Source: Octopus vulgaris (lineage: Eukaryota). From it: a stretch of DNA of 64,000 bases. The notes beneath the pieces were generated by a model. That model was not told where the DNA came from, made no database searches, and saw only the letters and a program-made list of their open reading frames with translations. The stretch covers positions 135,594,001 through 135,658,000 of the forward strand of contig OX597816.1 of NCBI GenBank assembly GCA_951406725.2. The letters run 5' to 3'. The position numbers and the translations under genes were made by a program. Below, in pieces: positions 1 through 14,304 of the stretch (positions are counted from its first letter, which is position 1; every line of letters begins with the position of its first letter).

Positions 1-3000
1 GTCCGAAGAAATACTGTTAAGCATTTTGTCTGGCATGATTCAGCCAACACACCGCCTTAATGATCCTTTCTATCATAAGCACAAGGCCTGAAATTTTGGG
101 GGAGACAATTAGTCGACTACATCGATTCTAGTGCTCGACTGGTACTTAATTTATCGAACCTGAATGGATGAAAGACAAATTCAACCTCAGCAGAATTTGA
201 ACTCAGAACTTAAAGACGGACGAAATGCCACTGAATATTTTGTGAGGTGTACTCACTAAAGAAAAATAAAATGTACTCAATCATAAAAGTATATATATGG
301 TTAAATGTATTTTTCTGATTACATATATGAATTCACTTCTCGCCAGGACATAAAACAATCACGTGAAAGTGACTATCATCTTTTACTGATCAATATTAGG
401 AGAAATAGCTTTGAATCGTTAGTGCATCCAACAAAATGCCTGTTGTATTTAGTTTTGACTCTTTATGCTCTGAGTTCAAATCGAGCCGAAGACAATCTTG
501 CCGTTCATCTTGTCTGAGTATAATATAATAAAGTATTAGTTAAGTAATGTAGTTCAAAAAGGCTATAGCCTTATCACACGTGACATGCTGATCTTACATA
601 TGAATTGAAGGTACAAATGACTGGAATGCTCAGTAACTTGCACATTAATTCAGGAGCAGGTAATTCAGTTGATCGAATAACTGAATCCTCATCGTCGAAC
701 GAGAGAGATCTACCATCTACGTGAGCATGAAATCAAAAAAGGAAAAAAAAAAATGACTTATAATCGAAAAATTAACAAAAACGGTATAATAATTAGCTTG
801 CCTACGAAAAATTAAGGGAAATAACTCTCATTGCACACATTTTATTAAAGCAGTAAGCGGCAGTTAATCGAAGTTACATCCCATCACCAGATGTGTGAGT
901 CCATGTGTTCTTGATTCCGTTCCATCTTCTGGTTCCGTGTCATTACGTAAATCCTTTTTTTTTTTTTTTTTACCTTTTTATTTGTTATCAATTACCTAAA
1001 CTTGATTTTCTTGTGTTATAATTCTTAATCTTTGGAGGAAGAAAAGGAGATGAATAAAAACCTATGACCGGCAGTGATTCGATTCTGTTCACAGCCCCGT
1101 TGAAAAAATAAGAAAACCATTTTTGTAAATTTAAAACAAAAGGAAAATATTTCTTTAAGAAAAATCTATTGAAAATATAACTGTCATTTGAAATCTTGAA
1201 ATTACATTCGTTACAGTATTGTTCTATAAACTTAAATAATTTCGTCTAAATGTAGGGTACTTTCTGAAAATTATCGGTTCAAAAATAATATTGTTATTTA
1301 AAGTTAATTTTCTAGCAAAAAGTAAGCTATATAAATCAATACTACATAAATATAACAGGTAATATATATATAAATATCTTATTGATTGCCGCATACTTCT
1401 TTAACAGCACATCATACTACACCGGGTGTCTCTTCTCTTCGATTATTGTTACATCTCTGTATGCGTGGCTATTTGTGAGATATACACACTACAGTTTAAT
1501 CGTTATAAGTATTTCATCATTGTAAGTATAGCTTAATGGTTATGTTTTATGATATAATTCAAATATATATAACTGAAAGTTCTTCTAAGTTAGACTTGAT
1601 TTTCCAGTCTTCTGTGGCGTTGTTGACAAACGCATTTCCATGTTTGTACTTTAACTAGTTTCGGCTCGATTAACTAGTTTAGTTCATAACAATCGGATGT
1701 ACTTTATAACATTTTGCTCTTTATCTGAATCCTAGAGAATAATAACATTGTTAACCTTAGCACTAAATCGTTAGTAATACGTGAAAGAGTCTTCATCGCT
1801 TTCGACGATGCAGATTCAATTGATCGATCGACTGAATTACCTGCTCATTGAATTTGTAAATGATTGAATATCATACAGGCACGTGCATCCTTAACGCAAT
1901 TCGCTGGCAGAATTAAGGTGACAGTGTATGGTAAGGCTGTATCTGAATTACAAGTACAATCCATCTGACGAATTTCTTCTGTTTGTATGAAAATAATAGT
2001 AAAAGACACTTGTCTAAAATGCCATCCAGCGGAATCGAACCCAGGTTCTCGTGATAAACGAATTTCTTAAACATTTGACCACGCTGCATCCAATCATATT
2101 GTTACGAGGTATATAATTTACGAAGACGAGAATTTAGATGAAGAGATAAATATTTCAACAGAGAATATTTATGTACCAAATTAATAACTATATGTTATTG
2201 AAAGTGCGCTAAAGTATACTTGAAAATAGTCTCTTCAAAAATATCGCTAACTTAAGGGGCATTTCTACTCAATTAAGTTGTTGTTACTCTTACATTCACG
2301 CCTTCCTACTACTTGTCCAGTTACATACTCTGCTCTCTGTCTATGTACTTCGAGGACATATAGCCTAGTGGTTAGTGTGTAGCGCTCACAATTGTGAGAT
2401 CTTGGGTTTGATTCCTGGATTGGATAATGTGTAGTGTTAAGCAAAACGCTTCATCTCCCATTGCTCTACAACCTCTTCTACGTGTGACATACCTTGCATC
2501 TGTACAGGCAATGTCAATTTGATGGAAAGAGTGAACTAATGTACAGCATAAACATTTGATCACTAACAAATCATTTGTGCAGGTTGCCTAGCAAAGATGT
2601 TGCAGAACACTCATCTGTTGTCTGCGATAGGAGAGTCTAGGATGTATATCTCTATGAAGCATAAGGGCTTCATATTCTGAGTAGATGAAGTACTTCTAAT
2701 GGCACTGTCACTACAGGTTCAATCCTGTTGTTCCACATCACTATCACTTAGGCTGCTTGTCCACCATCTTCATTTGTTTCGAGTGGTTCAAATTTAGATC
2801 TAATTTGGTCTGTATGAGTCAAAGTTCTAATTCCATTCCATGTAATGAAAACAGTGTAGTCTCTAACATGCATCACAAAGTTTGAAATTTCTTATGTTGA
2901 ATAATTTTTTATACTGTATCTACTCCTGTATGGAGGAGAACAAGGCCAAGGGAACACAAACCTGTTAATCCATTATGCAAAAAAGACTTTGTAGCCTATT

Positions 3001-4357
3001 GGCTAAAGAATAGTATAACTAAGTAGTAGTCAGGTCTCTCTGGATAAAGAATGCCTTTAACCTTATTTTAATTCTTTGAACCATTTGTTCTGCAATTCCA
3101 TTTGAATATGTATGAAGATGAACATTTTGTAAGGTATGCAACCAACTTTCTGTTGTCAAGAATAGAGATACCATCATGAAATTTTGAGTACATTGTTGCT
3201 AAAACCTTTGGCACATCATTTCAAAAGAAAACCACATACTATACCTGCTTTACTGTTGAACACTTCCTAACAGTAACAAGAATAATCTACTATCACCTTG
3301 AAAAATTATTTATCATGTTAAGCAGCAATTAATGACATTAAGATGGAAATAATCCCTGTGTACACAAGTCCTTAGGCTTTGAATGAAACCTACTCCTTTG
3401 GAATTTTTATCTTTGTTTATTTAGCACAGCTATGTATGCAGTCCCCAACATTGTGTGAATAGCCAGACTACAATGCTTTGGTCTTTGGGCAATTACACTT
3501 AGCAGTAATGAGGCAATGAACATCATTATAAGCATTTAAGGATTTGACTTCTGGATACATCAGGCAAAGCAATAACCTCACAACTGCAAAGAAGATAATT
3601 TTTTACTGCTAATATGTTTGACCATCTTATAAAGACTTCTTAGCATTGAGCAATTATTCCAGACATTCTTTTATATTTATTCTGGAAATACTTTCACTTA
3701 ATTTTAGATCACACAGTTTCTGAAGCTAGTCTAATAAAAGGCAATATATCAGTTTTTATCTAGTGTATAAAGTTATCAGAAACAGTATTCTGTAGTTGCA
3801 TTCTAAAATATCTCTGTGAGATTGTATCAGCATAATGGAGTTTCTTTTGTTATTGTTATATGTAATGTCAAATTCAAATGCACCCAGCTGTATGTACCAC
3901 TTCATTATTCTTGTTGACAAAAATCTTTGGAAGTTCTTTGCATGGATCTGTTTGGATCTAGTAAGAATAATCTACTAATCAAAAAAAAAAAAATTATGGG
4001 AATGGCTTGTGATCACAGTTGTTATCGAACATACTTCCAATATGATTTTCAGAAAGAGTACTTTTAAAATTATCTAAGGTTTTTTGCTGAATATTTGTCT
4101 AACCAAATTTAACATTTTTCTTGCATGAATTTGCAAATGGTTTGATCATTTTAGAATGTATGGCAAATAATGACCTTAAAACTTTACTTTTACTAAAAAG
4201 AACACTGACAAACTTCTAATATTTTCTGGACCAAATGATCTCGAGAACCACTTTTCTTTGAAATAGAATATTCCCAAAACAATATCCTATTATTCTACTA
4301 GTAAAGAAACATATTTCTTGCAGTTGATTACCTTACTGCATCTCTCTCTCAATGCTT

Positions 4358-4816
4358 ATTACATGGAAAAATGTGAGCATAAAAGTAATATTCTTAAGAT
4401 TATAAACCTGGAAAAGTACTGGACAAGTTATTACACCTGTAAAAGAATAGGACAAACTATTACTTTAAGTAAAGTAAGAAACTTTTTACTTAAAATATTG
4501 CAGCAAAAATGGCAGTTCTTTTAATTTATCACTCTTGACAGTTCTCATAGTTTAAATTTATTATACAAAACTGTTCAGCTAATTTGTAAGTTTGTGTAAT
4601 TAGTCACTTTTTTCTGTATTTGTAAACTATAATAAAATAATTTCTAATATTCAAATTGTAATTTTAGCTGCAATATTTTAAGTAATAAGTTTCTTATTCT
4701 TTACTAGAAGTTATAGCTTGTCCTATACTTTTACAGGTGTAATAACTTGTCCTGTACTTTTCCAGGTTTATAATCTTAAGAATATTAATTTTCATGCTTG
4801 TATTTTTCCATGTAAT
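4358..4816. repeat. Imperfect inverted repeat, about 150-bp arms with about 150-bp spacer (foldback/MITE-like)
   Basis: TTACATGGAAAAAT...AAAATATTGCAGC versus GCTGCAATATTTT...ATTTTTCCATGTAA. Confidence 0.85.
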
Positions 4817-6356
4817 CCATGATTTTTCCAGGCATTGCTGTTATAAGATAATTAATAATGTGTCAATTAATTATTGAAGATTTTGCCTTATAAAATACTG
4901 AAAGATAATATTTCAATTTTTCCATGTAAATGATGATAATATTTCAATTTTTTTCATGTTTAATTTAAATATATGTTGTGATTGAATTATTTGATATTAC
5001 CCATCCACATCAAATTAATAGCAGGGATTTTGACAATGTTGTTGATTGCACCATGGCTCACCAAAAGTTACAAACAAGACCCCAAAAACCATCAGTTACC
5101 AGGCTCACCTTAAGTAACCTAATTTTGCAATAAAAAATAGCTATTATTGTACCTTCAATTTTATGTAAATATTTGGTTTTCCATAAATTAAAACCATTTT
5201 ATAAACCAAAAAAATAATTTTTAATTTCCAGGTCATGTGATTTAGGTAAAGGGATACTTTGGCTGCTATTTTTAGCGTGTTGAGCGACCAGGTAGAGGGT
5301 CTTTCATTGGTTTGATTGCATGATGAGTTTTTTTACACATATATGTAATATGTATATATATCATCGGCAGAAGTTAGAGAGTAAGTCAAAAGCTGAGAGT
5401 TTCGTGTATTGGCACTTTTCAAACACAAATTTGTTGATTGTCACTCTGTAACTTCTGACGAAATAACTTCTAAAATACAAAATTTTGTCCGAAGCATTAA
5501 GAGTAAACTCAGTTCCATGTGACACATTTTACCAGTATCGGAAGTTTGAAAGTGTTTAGTAAAAAAAATCAATCAAATAATCTTTACGTCTACTTGAATG
5601 AATCCGAAATGGATGAAAGGCAAAGTTGACCTCAACAGAATTTGAACTCAGAATGTAAAGACAGACGAAATACTGCTTCTAAAATACGAAATGTTTTCAA
5701 AAACGTTAAGGGTAAACCCTGTTCTATGTGATACATTCTACCAGTATCGGAAGTTTGAAAGTGTTTAGTTAAAAAAATATTAATGAAATAATCTGTACGT
5801 CAAAGTTGACCTCGGTAAAATTTGAACTCAAAAGTGTAAAGACAGGTGAAATACAGTTAAGCATTTCACCTGGCAAACTAATGTTTCTGCCAGCTCACCG
5901 CCTTAGAAACTAAACATTGATTTTAGAAATATATTCTTTATTCTTATAGCTGAAGTGTTACTCCCTTACTCACTGATAGGAAATTTCGTAACATTTTTCC
6001 TCATAACTCTTTTTCCTACTAAATTTTGTTCAATGCGACTAGTGATTCTGAATTCCTCATGCATTTTTCTATCATTTAAGCCTAAGAAAGGTATACTTTT
6101 AATTTAAAATTTAAAAGTTTATGTTAATTGAAGGTGAATAGGTGCCTTACTGCCCCCCTTGAGGTCGCAGATATTTTGATGTAACTTTTTTTTTCTACTG
6201 AACCGAATCTCAAACTATTTAAGCCAAAGTGTAGCTGAGGAGGTGTCCTCTTTAAAACTATCAACAATTTGCAATTTAGTTGAGAACTGAATTAGTGGTG
6301 AAGCTTGGAAGCTGCTGCACTTGACGAAATGGTGGACTTAAGAATATATTCAATCA

Positions 6357-7440
6357 CTACCATGGTTGAATGATATCAGTCTTTTTATTGCATATTAAAA
6401 AAATGCCACTTGTAGTTTTTAGCCATAAGGCATTTGAGTTCATCTCTAAACCAGTAGGACTGTTAATGGTGCTAATATTTTTAAATTCATCATCTATTTG
6501 GATATGGTAATATCCACCACTGTGCTTGAATTTTGAAAAAGACAAAAACAAAAAATCTTAAATATTAGAAATTGTATAAAGCCTCAAACAAATTTACACC
6601 TACTTTATTGTCACCTCAGCTAAATTAATCTGTCTAATTTTTGTACAACTACTATAGGGGATGTCCATTTGCTACTACCAGTTGGAACATGTTCTGATAT
6701 GCATTATTCAATCATTTTATGTAGCTTCACAACTAGTGGAAAAATATGGATTAGTAATTTATGAGATTCAAAGTGTGAAAGGTGTACTTTCTCTTTCAAT
6801 CAAATACTGGCTTTCTAAAATTTAAGCATACTGGTATATTCAACTTGAAACACAAAAGATCTGATTTGTCTATCCATCTCAGTAAGACCATGATTTTTAT
6901 CACAGCCTGTGGCTACTACTGTTATTGGTGTGTGATCTCAAACTGAGTGCCTTTTCCTTGGGTATCTTCATAGGAGACCAAAATTTTAATCCACCAAACT
7001 AGCAAAATTTTAGAGAAATTTTGGTTAACCACTAAGTATGCAAAATTCCTTGGAATTAAGGTGACCTTGCTATTGGTATCCACATGCATATCTAAATTGA
7101 TGTTAGACAATTTAACATGAAGTAAGATGGTACGTCTCCTGCTTTGAAGTGTAAACATTTATTTCAGAGAGGTGATATTTGTCCCCACTTAAACATGAAT
7201 GTTCTATTGGGGATAAATATTACCTTTCTGTATTAATACTGTCTCTATCACTAATCTACAATTACTTTAGAGTTAGACCTTTCATTCTCCATGTGTTCAT
7301 CAATTTGTTTCATACTTCCTTTTTTAAGCTATAAATTGATTGCAAATGTTACCTTTTGTCACACAAATTGTGCATCTTTACAAATACAAGATATTTCCCC
7401 TTTAATAAATGTATGTTTAGAACCATTAAGTGAGCATTTT
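6357..7440 (-). mobile_element. Decayed Ty3/gypsy gag-pol relic
   Basis: Protease-like LDMHVDTNSKVTLI followed by RT-like GYYHIQIDDEFKNISTINSPTGL, in gypsy order. Confidence 0.7.
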
Positions 7441-9540
7441 GAAAATTTCTTCAGTTTGCTTATCTGATAGGCAGTGGTAGTTTTATGTTCTACTTCATGA
7501 TAAATATTCACTGTGTTGAAATGTGATATCATCTATTGTTGAATGAAGTTTATACATGCACTAAGGGATATATATAGATATATATATTTCTACTGCAGTG
7601 TTGTTCTATAAAATCTATACATGCACCAAGGACATATATCTTTACTGTAATTATTGCAATACATTTGATACCTGAAATATATGGTACATTCTTTGAATGA
7701 ATTTCATTTGTTTGCATTGCTTCTTCAGTACTTTAGTTACCTTGACCAAGTTGAATACACTGTGCTCTGATTATGCTGAAACATTACCATCAGCTTAATT
7801 ACAAGATAACACTACATAAAAGTCCTCTCTAATTATTCCACCTTCATTAGTGTTGGCCATAACTCACTTTCAACCAGTTTTGTCACAAGTCATGTATTAA
7901 TGAACATTAAAATTAAAACTTAACAACAAACTTATGATAGCAGACAAATAATATAGACATGCCAGCAGTATGATAATACTGATGTAACATAATTATCAAT
8001 GAATGATTTAAGATAATTAAAGAATACCTTGTATATATGACACTGAATACATTAACTAATAGAGCATAACATTCAGAGTTTAAGGATAGTTTAATCGTCT
8101 TCATAAATTATAAAAATATATGGATTTGTGCTATATTCGATCACTCTTCTGTCACATCCTACATTTTTTAGCATTTGTGTGAGAAAATAATCCTTTGTTA
8201 TCAGTAATGAGTAGAGTTCTTTAAACTTCGTAGGATGACTAATGTACACTAAATTATCTTCAGCAGTCATTACCTAGTCTGTAACTCACCTCTCCATCTT
8301 AAAATCACAAAAATTCACAATAGTTCATACTGACATTTTTCTTTATTCCATTTTTTACACTTGAAGTGGACATTTACTAAAAATCTCATGTATCTACTAA
8401 TTATATAACATTTAGAATATTGAATTTATATCAGTTTTATTTCCACAAAAATGATGCTTTTTGCATATTATCAGTTTCATCAAAGTTTAGTGCATTGATG
8501 AGAAGTTCCTCATTTTGATTGTTGTTTTCACCATGTTTCAGCTGTGTACGCACCAGCCTTCTTCAGATATCTTATGAGTCACCTTAGGGACTTGCCTGGG
8601 ATTAACCGCAGAACCTTTAGGTGACTGCACTGCATTTCAGCACCTTTATCTACTATGCCAAAATGTAGTGTAAGCAACAATCAACATGAGAACACAACTC
8701 TGACTAATACATAATATAAATTCTTCATCTCAAAAATATAGTATTGTATTGGCCATGTAGTTAAGAAATTTGATTCCTAACCACATACTTTCAGGTTCAG
8801 TCCCATTGCATGGGCAACCAAAGCCTCGTAAGTGGATTTGGTAGATGGAAACTTAGAGAAGTCTGCCTGTCTGTTTGTCTCTCTCTCTCTCTCTCTGTAC
8901 ATATATATATGTGTGTGTGTGTGTATACACATACACATATATGTATTTGTACACTACAGTATTACACCATTCTTGCAATACATCCACATTGAATAGGATA
9001 TAAAGATTGCTATTCAGTACTAATACTGCTTCCATCACTAATATTCAATTTTTACCTAGTCCACCAGTTACCTGCATTAGCAACACTGATAGTGGATACG
9101 TGCTTCTGACATTGTGGAAACATGCTGAAATCATGTGATCTAGCAGTTCTACCACTGGTGCTTAACAATTTTAGTCTGCCACTGACATTTCTAATTTTTT
9201 AAGCACTAAATGTCTATACAAGATGCTCTTTCAAGACAAACACCACAGTAGTACAATTTTCTTACAATGCATCTACACTAAGGATATAAAGATTGCTACT
9301 CAGTACTAATACTGTTTCTGTCAAGTGTGTGTGTGTGTTTTTATATACACATACGTATATATGTATATGTGTGTGTGTGAGTGTCTGCTTGTCTTGATAT
9401 CATGTGATAGTTGTAAATGAGTGTCACTGTTATGCAAGCAGTATCATTCATTTCCAGTGTGGAAACAGATGAGGGTTGGATTGACAAGTAGAAGGGCATT
9501 CAACCATAGAAAATCTGCCTCAGTAAACTCCATCTGGTCA

Positions 9541-9612
9541 AGCAGAGTGGCTAAGTAGAAGCATGCTGGGCCCATAACCCAGAGGTCCATAGATTGAAAC
9601 TATGCTCTGCTA
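9541..9612 (+). pseudogene. Initiator tRNA-Met (CAT) gene copy, CpG-decayed, probably a pseudogene
   Basis: 72 nt AGCAGAGTGG...GCTGGGCCCATAACCCAGAGGTC...GAAAC...CTCTGCTA with the initiator A1-U72 pair and GGG/CCC anticodon stem. T6 terminator at 9619-9624. D-arm/A box and T-loop are mutated. Confidence 0.85.
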
Positions 9613-9624
9613 AGGTAATTTTTT

Positions 9625-9968
9625 GTGGAGGTGCACAGCTCAGTAGTTAAAGTATTGGGTTCACAAATATATGGTAGTGAGTTTGATTCCCAGACCAGGC
9701 TGTGTCTTGGGTGTCTTGAGCAAGACACTTTATTTCACGTTGCTCCAGTTCACTCAGCTGTAGAAATGAGTTGTGATGTCACTGGTGCCAAGCTGTATCA
9801 GCCTATGCCTTTCTCTTGGATAACATTGGTGATGCAGAGATGGGAGGCTGGTATGCATGGGTGAATGCTGGACTTCCACAAACAGCCTTGTCCAGACTTG
9901 TCTTAGAGGGGAAATTTGTCAGTGCAATCCCGTTGTCATTCATGACTGAAGAAGGTCTTTACCCTTTT
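9625..9968 (+). mobile_element. tRNA-derived SINE family C
   Basis: A box AGCTCAGTAGTTA, B box GAGTTTGATTCCC, then CTTGAGCAAGACACTTTATTTCAC core. A related head lies at about 2352-2470. Confidence 0.7.
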
Positions 9969-10396
9969 TTCAAACTCTATCTGACCTATGCTAACAGAAA
10001 AGTTAATATTAAAAATGATGATGAAAAACAATGCAGCAAACCCAGTAATTATTCCAAAATCAATTAAAACAATTCTAAAGATAAAGATAAAATGTAGGCT
10101 ATTATAATGAAAACCTGTTTTTCTTTTTTTAAACCTGCTGCTGAATATTTGCTTGATTATGGCTACTTTTTAAGATGTTTTATTTATAATTAAATTTCCT
10201 TTTTATTATTTTTTTTTCTAGAAATTCAATAATTTTTACATTTTCATCTTGATACTTTCAATGCAGCAGTACCTCTTCTCTGATTTTTCTGACTATATAT
10301 GCTTCCTAAATAGTTTTGGACATAAGTAATTAATTGATTTCTATCACTTCTAGTGACTTATATGTTGTCTCTCTTCAGCTTTGACTTTCTATGTAA

Positions 10397-10663
<267 letters not shown>

Positions 10664-12407
10664 TGACCATCACCACTACCACCATCACTACCACCACCAC
10701 CACTACTACCTTACACCACCATCATCTTCATCATTATCATCATGGTGTGAAATCCAAATTACATAAGTTTGGTCCCTAATACCTTTATGCTAGTATTATT
10801 CTTTTCTACTCAAGGCACAAGGCCCAAAATTTTTGGGGAGTGGGCCAGTCGATTAGATTTACCCCAGTATGCAACTGGTACTTAATTTATCAACCCTGAA
10901 AGGATGAAAGGCGACCTCGGTGAAATTTGAACTCAGAACATTATGACAGACGAAATGCCGCTAAGCATTTCACCTGGTGTGCTAATGTTTCTGCCAGCTT
11001 GCCACCTTTATGCTAGTATTATTATTGTTGTTATTTTTTTTTTATTTACTATTTTGTTCTGAACCCTTTTTTCATTGAAACTTTCCCTAGTAAATTTTTG
11101 TGTTGCTCTAGTATACTTTCTTAAATTGCAACTAATCATCATTATGTTTCACACACCATCCCATTACAAGTGCGATAAACCTTTCACTTTGTATGAATAT
11201 CCCCTAAACTGATTCCATCTACTAAATACTCAGTAACAATATTCTATTATTATTGGCTGCATTGCCCTGCAGTAATTATTGACAGAAATGTTCTGGGACC
11301 AAGTCACTGTATGCTACCATAGATTATTATGAACCTTAAATGATGAAGATAACTGCAACTGTGGATGCAATATTGTTATCATTGTCATTGGTTTAACTGT
11401 TGTTTTACATGTTATTTTTCATCATACTAGTCTGAAATATAGTATTATTCCAAACCTCTTGCATGAACACAAAAACTTGCTAGCTAGCCCTAAGCTCAGT
11501 CCCGTGATATGCTGTTAAAGTCTTTTGATTATTGGTATAAATATAAGAAGCTGCAGTGGGTGAATGAATAATCTATCAGTCTCTCAGCTGCAGCATTTTG
11601 TTGGCATTGAATTATACTATATGCAAGATAGTGAACCAGCCTTATGTCTGATAACAAAATAGACTACAGTTAGTGATGATGTGTTGATCTAACTGTAAAC
11701 TGTGTGGTTTGGTATTTCACAACTTGAGATATGTTCTTCTCACTTGAGAATAAAATGAAATAGAATTTTTTTTTTGATGTGTTTGAAATATTTGATTTCA
11801 AACCTATAAAAGTATAAAATGAATAGCAATAAAATAAGATCAATATACTAACACAGAAAACTAAGTAAAATTTTCATAAACCAGACAAATTAGTGTTGTG
11901 CTCAAATATAAGCAAAAACTTATTTAATTCTACTATTTTTTTTTCAACCACTCTTCTTTTATCTCCAATACACAGTTTATAAACAACTATACCAATTATA
12001 AGAGCAATCTAATACAATTTATAAATATAACTATCTCAATTTTATGTACTTCTCAAATAGCCACTAGGTCAATAAAATAAACAGTGATCACAATGCTTCT
12101 TCATCCTTACACTTTATAGAAACAACATTTTTGTCAATTTTTTTTATATATATTTGCAAGCAAAATAATATTTATACTTTGAATTTCACATCTAAAATGC
12201 ACAAAATTCTCAGTCTTTGAGTCTGAAACTTCTGCCAATTACATAATAAAAAAATATATTTACTCATGTTTTGAGTTCTATTCTCCTATTTGTATCATTA
12301 AACTTGTTATTTCCTTTATAGTTATTTTGATCATTTGATTCTTTCTTTCATTTGTAACAATAATTTTCATGAATGTCTTTTTGTGTATTGTCATATGTTG
12401 TTTATAT

Positions 12408-12748
12408 CAGGGGGTTCTTAACTATTTTTTACCTATGGAGCCCATTGATTACTGTTTTATTCAGGTGGATCCCCATAGCCATTCAATATATAAAAACTGG
12501 TTTTATAGAAACTTCTTTCAAAATTTGCATTTTGTTTTTCACACATTAACTTGTGTAAGTTGAACTATGTGAAATGTTAGAGAAAGAAACCTAGTTGTTT
12601 CTAGCAATACATATATCTAAAAAAATAATTTTTTCAGGGATCCTCAAAATACTATTGTGGATCCCCAATTTACTGTTTTGTTGTGTGGGTCTCCAAAAAT
12701 CTCATATGAGCCCTCAGGGGTCATATGGACCCCAGTTGAGAATCAATG
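12408..12748. mobile_element. hAT-type MITE
   Basis: TIRs CAGGGGGTTCTTAACT / AGTTGAGAATCAATG; 8-bp TSD GTTTATAT/GTTTATAG. Confidence 0.7.
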
Positions 12749-12871
12749 GTTTATAGCCTTCTCTGAAGAAATTGGCTACCAAACTAAAATAAACATTGAG
12801 TGTGAAGTAAATATATTTGCTTTCCTAACCTCATAGTAGATCTTATTATATCTATAGTGTTATGCTCTTAA

Positions 12872-13086
12872 CCCTTTTGTTACCATATTTCTCTTGAAAT
12901 GCATACACTATGTTCCAATTAATTTTGAAAATTATGGAGGATTTAGGAAAATAACTTTATCGTTATTAAGTTGGTGTTTGAACATAACATAAAATTTTGA
13001 GGGAAGGTTTTGATTTAGATCCATTAAAACTGGAAATTTGTATTGTAGAGTCATGGGCAGTCTCAGGTGGGTTGGTATCAAAAGGG
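12872..13086. mobile_element. piggyBac-type MITE (TTAA-CCCTTT...AAAGGG-TTAA)
   Basis: TTAA TSDs and CCCTTT TIRs. Related copies at 25060-25277, about 39325-39550, about 49455-50230 (with a nested one at about 49950-50156) and about 60060-60285. Confidence 0.7.
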
Positions 13087-13463
13087 TTAAACAGAAACCT
13101 TTACCTTTCTTGCTTCACCCTGCACCACTCCTATTTCTGTAATTAATATCTCAATATTAAGAGGGGTCTCCACCTGTAAATAGACTTGCTTCAACATGAA
13201 AATATCAAAATTTGAAAAATCCAAGCCACTAATAGTTGCATGTTAAAATGGCTGCATATTATTAAATTTATATAAAATTGAGTAATATTAATTTTTCTTG
13301 CAAGTTTAAAACTTAGTTTTTAAGTAAATATAGATACATGAATTAAAAATATGCATTTTTGGATTAAAGATATCTTTTATTAATTTACTGAAAATAAGCT
13401 ATAACTTATTTTTGAAACTGAAAGAAAATATACAGTTCAATGAAAGTTTTCTTCTTGTTACAG

Positions 13464-13509
13464 GAAATTATAGATTTCAAAATTATTAATGCTAAACGAT
13501 TTGAAAATG
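13464..13509 (+). CDS. DUS2: DUS2 coding exon 2 (EIIDFKIINAKRFEN)
   Basis: ttacAG acceptor, GTGAGT donor at 13510, phase 0 to 1; corresponds to ELIDLKMIQCKRVVN. Confidence 0.92.
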
Positions 13510-14273
13510 GTGAGTACTCTCAGCCATGTTGTTGTTATTGATGTTGTTGTTAGCTGCAATGAATGGGATGGGAGTTAAAGCTATGAAATATTGATTCTTG
13601 ATTCATTAGTTCACATTCTCTATAGGAGTTATACTATAACTTAACCAAGACACGACTCTATTTTCCTAGGGTCTACTATTATATATTGTATGTAGAAGTG
13701 GATAATGGAGTGTGTCGAAAAGGAGGCTAAATTATCCAGGCAATACAGTCATCTGTTTTTGTTACACTAGCCAATACTTTGATAAGCAATCATTAATCTC
13801 AGTTAACTATCACTCATTATGCTTTAAATTTACATTGCAAGCACAATATTTATTGTATGCAGTTCATTACTTTTCCATCAAAGAATACATGACATCGAAA
13901 GATAATGATGTGATTGAAGTTAAACTAATTTGTGAGTTTCAAACCTTAAATAATGAAATAATGCATATTCGTTTTCTTTCCCCTACATTTTCCTCTGTAT
14001 TCTAATTGACGAGTGAACTGAATTTGCTATTTAAGCAGGATGGTAGATATGAATGTTTGGGGGAACAATCAACTTAGAGGTGTAAATAGAAAGGTATAAC
14101 ATCTTGTCTTGAATTTTATTTAGGGTTTAATTTTATACACCTCATTTTTAGTTGTTTCATTTTCTTACTTAAAAAAATAACAAAAGTTATCATAGTTCTT
14201 ATAATTAGTTACTACTGAGATTGTTCCTATTTCACTGACCTAGTTAATCACAAAACCTATTTCATAAGCAATA

Positions 14274-14275
<2 letters not shown>

Positions 14276-14304
<29 letters not shown>

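Noticed and set aside
2680-4300. Possible very old LINE RT remnants (also about 51000-53100 and 63390-64000)
   Set aside because: Only faint motif traces by eye; boundaries and clade cannot be supported without a profile search.
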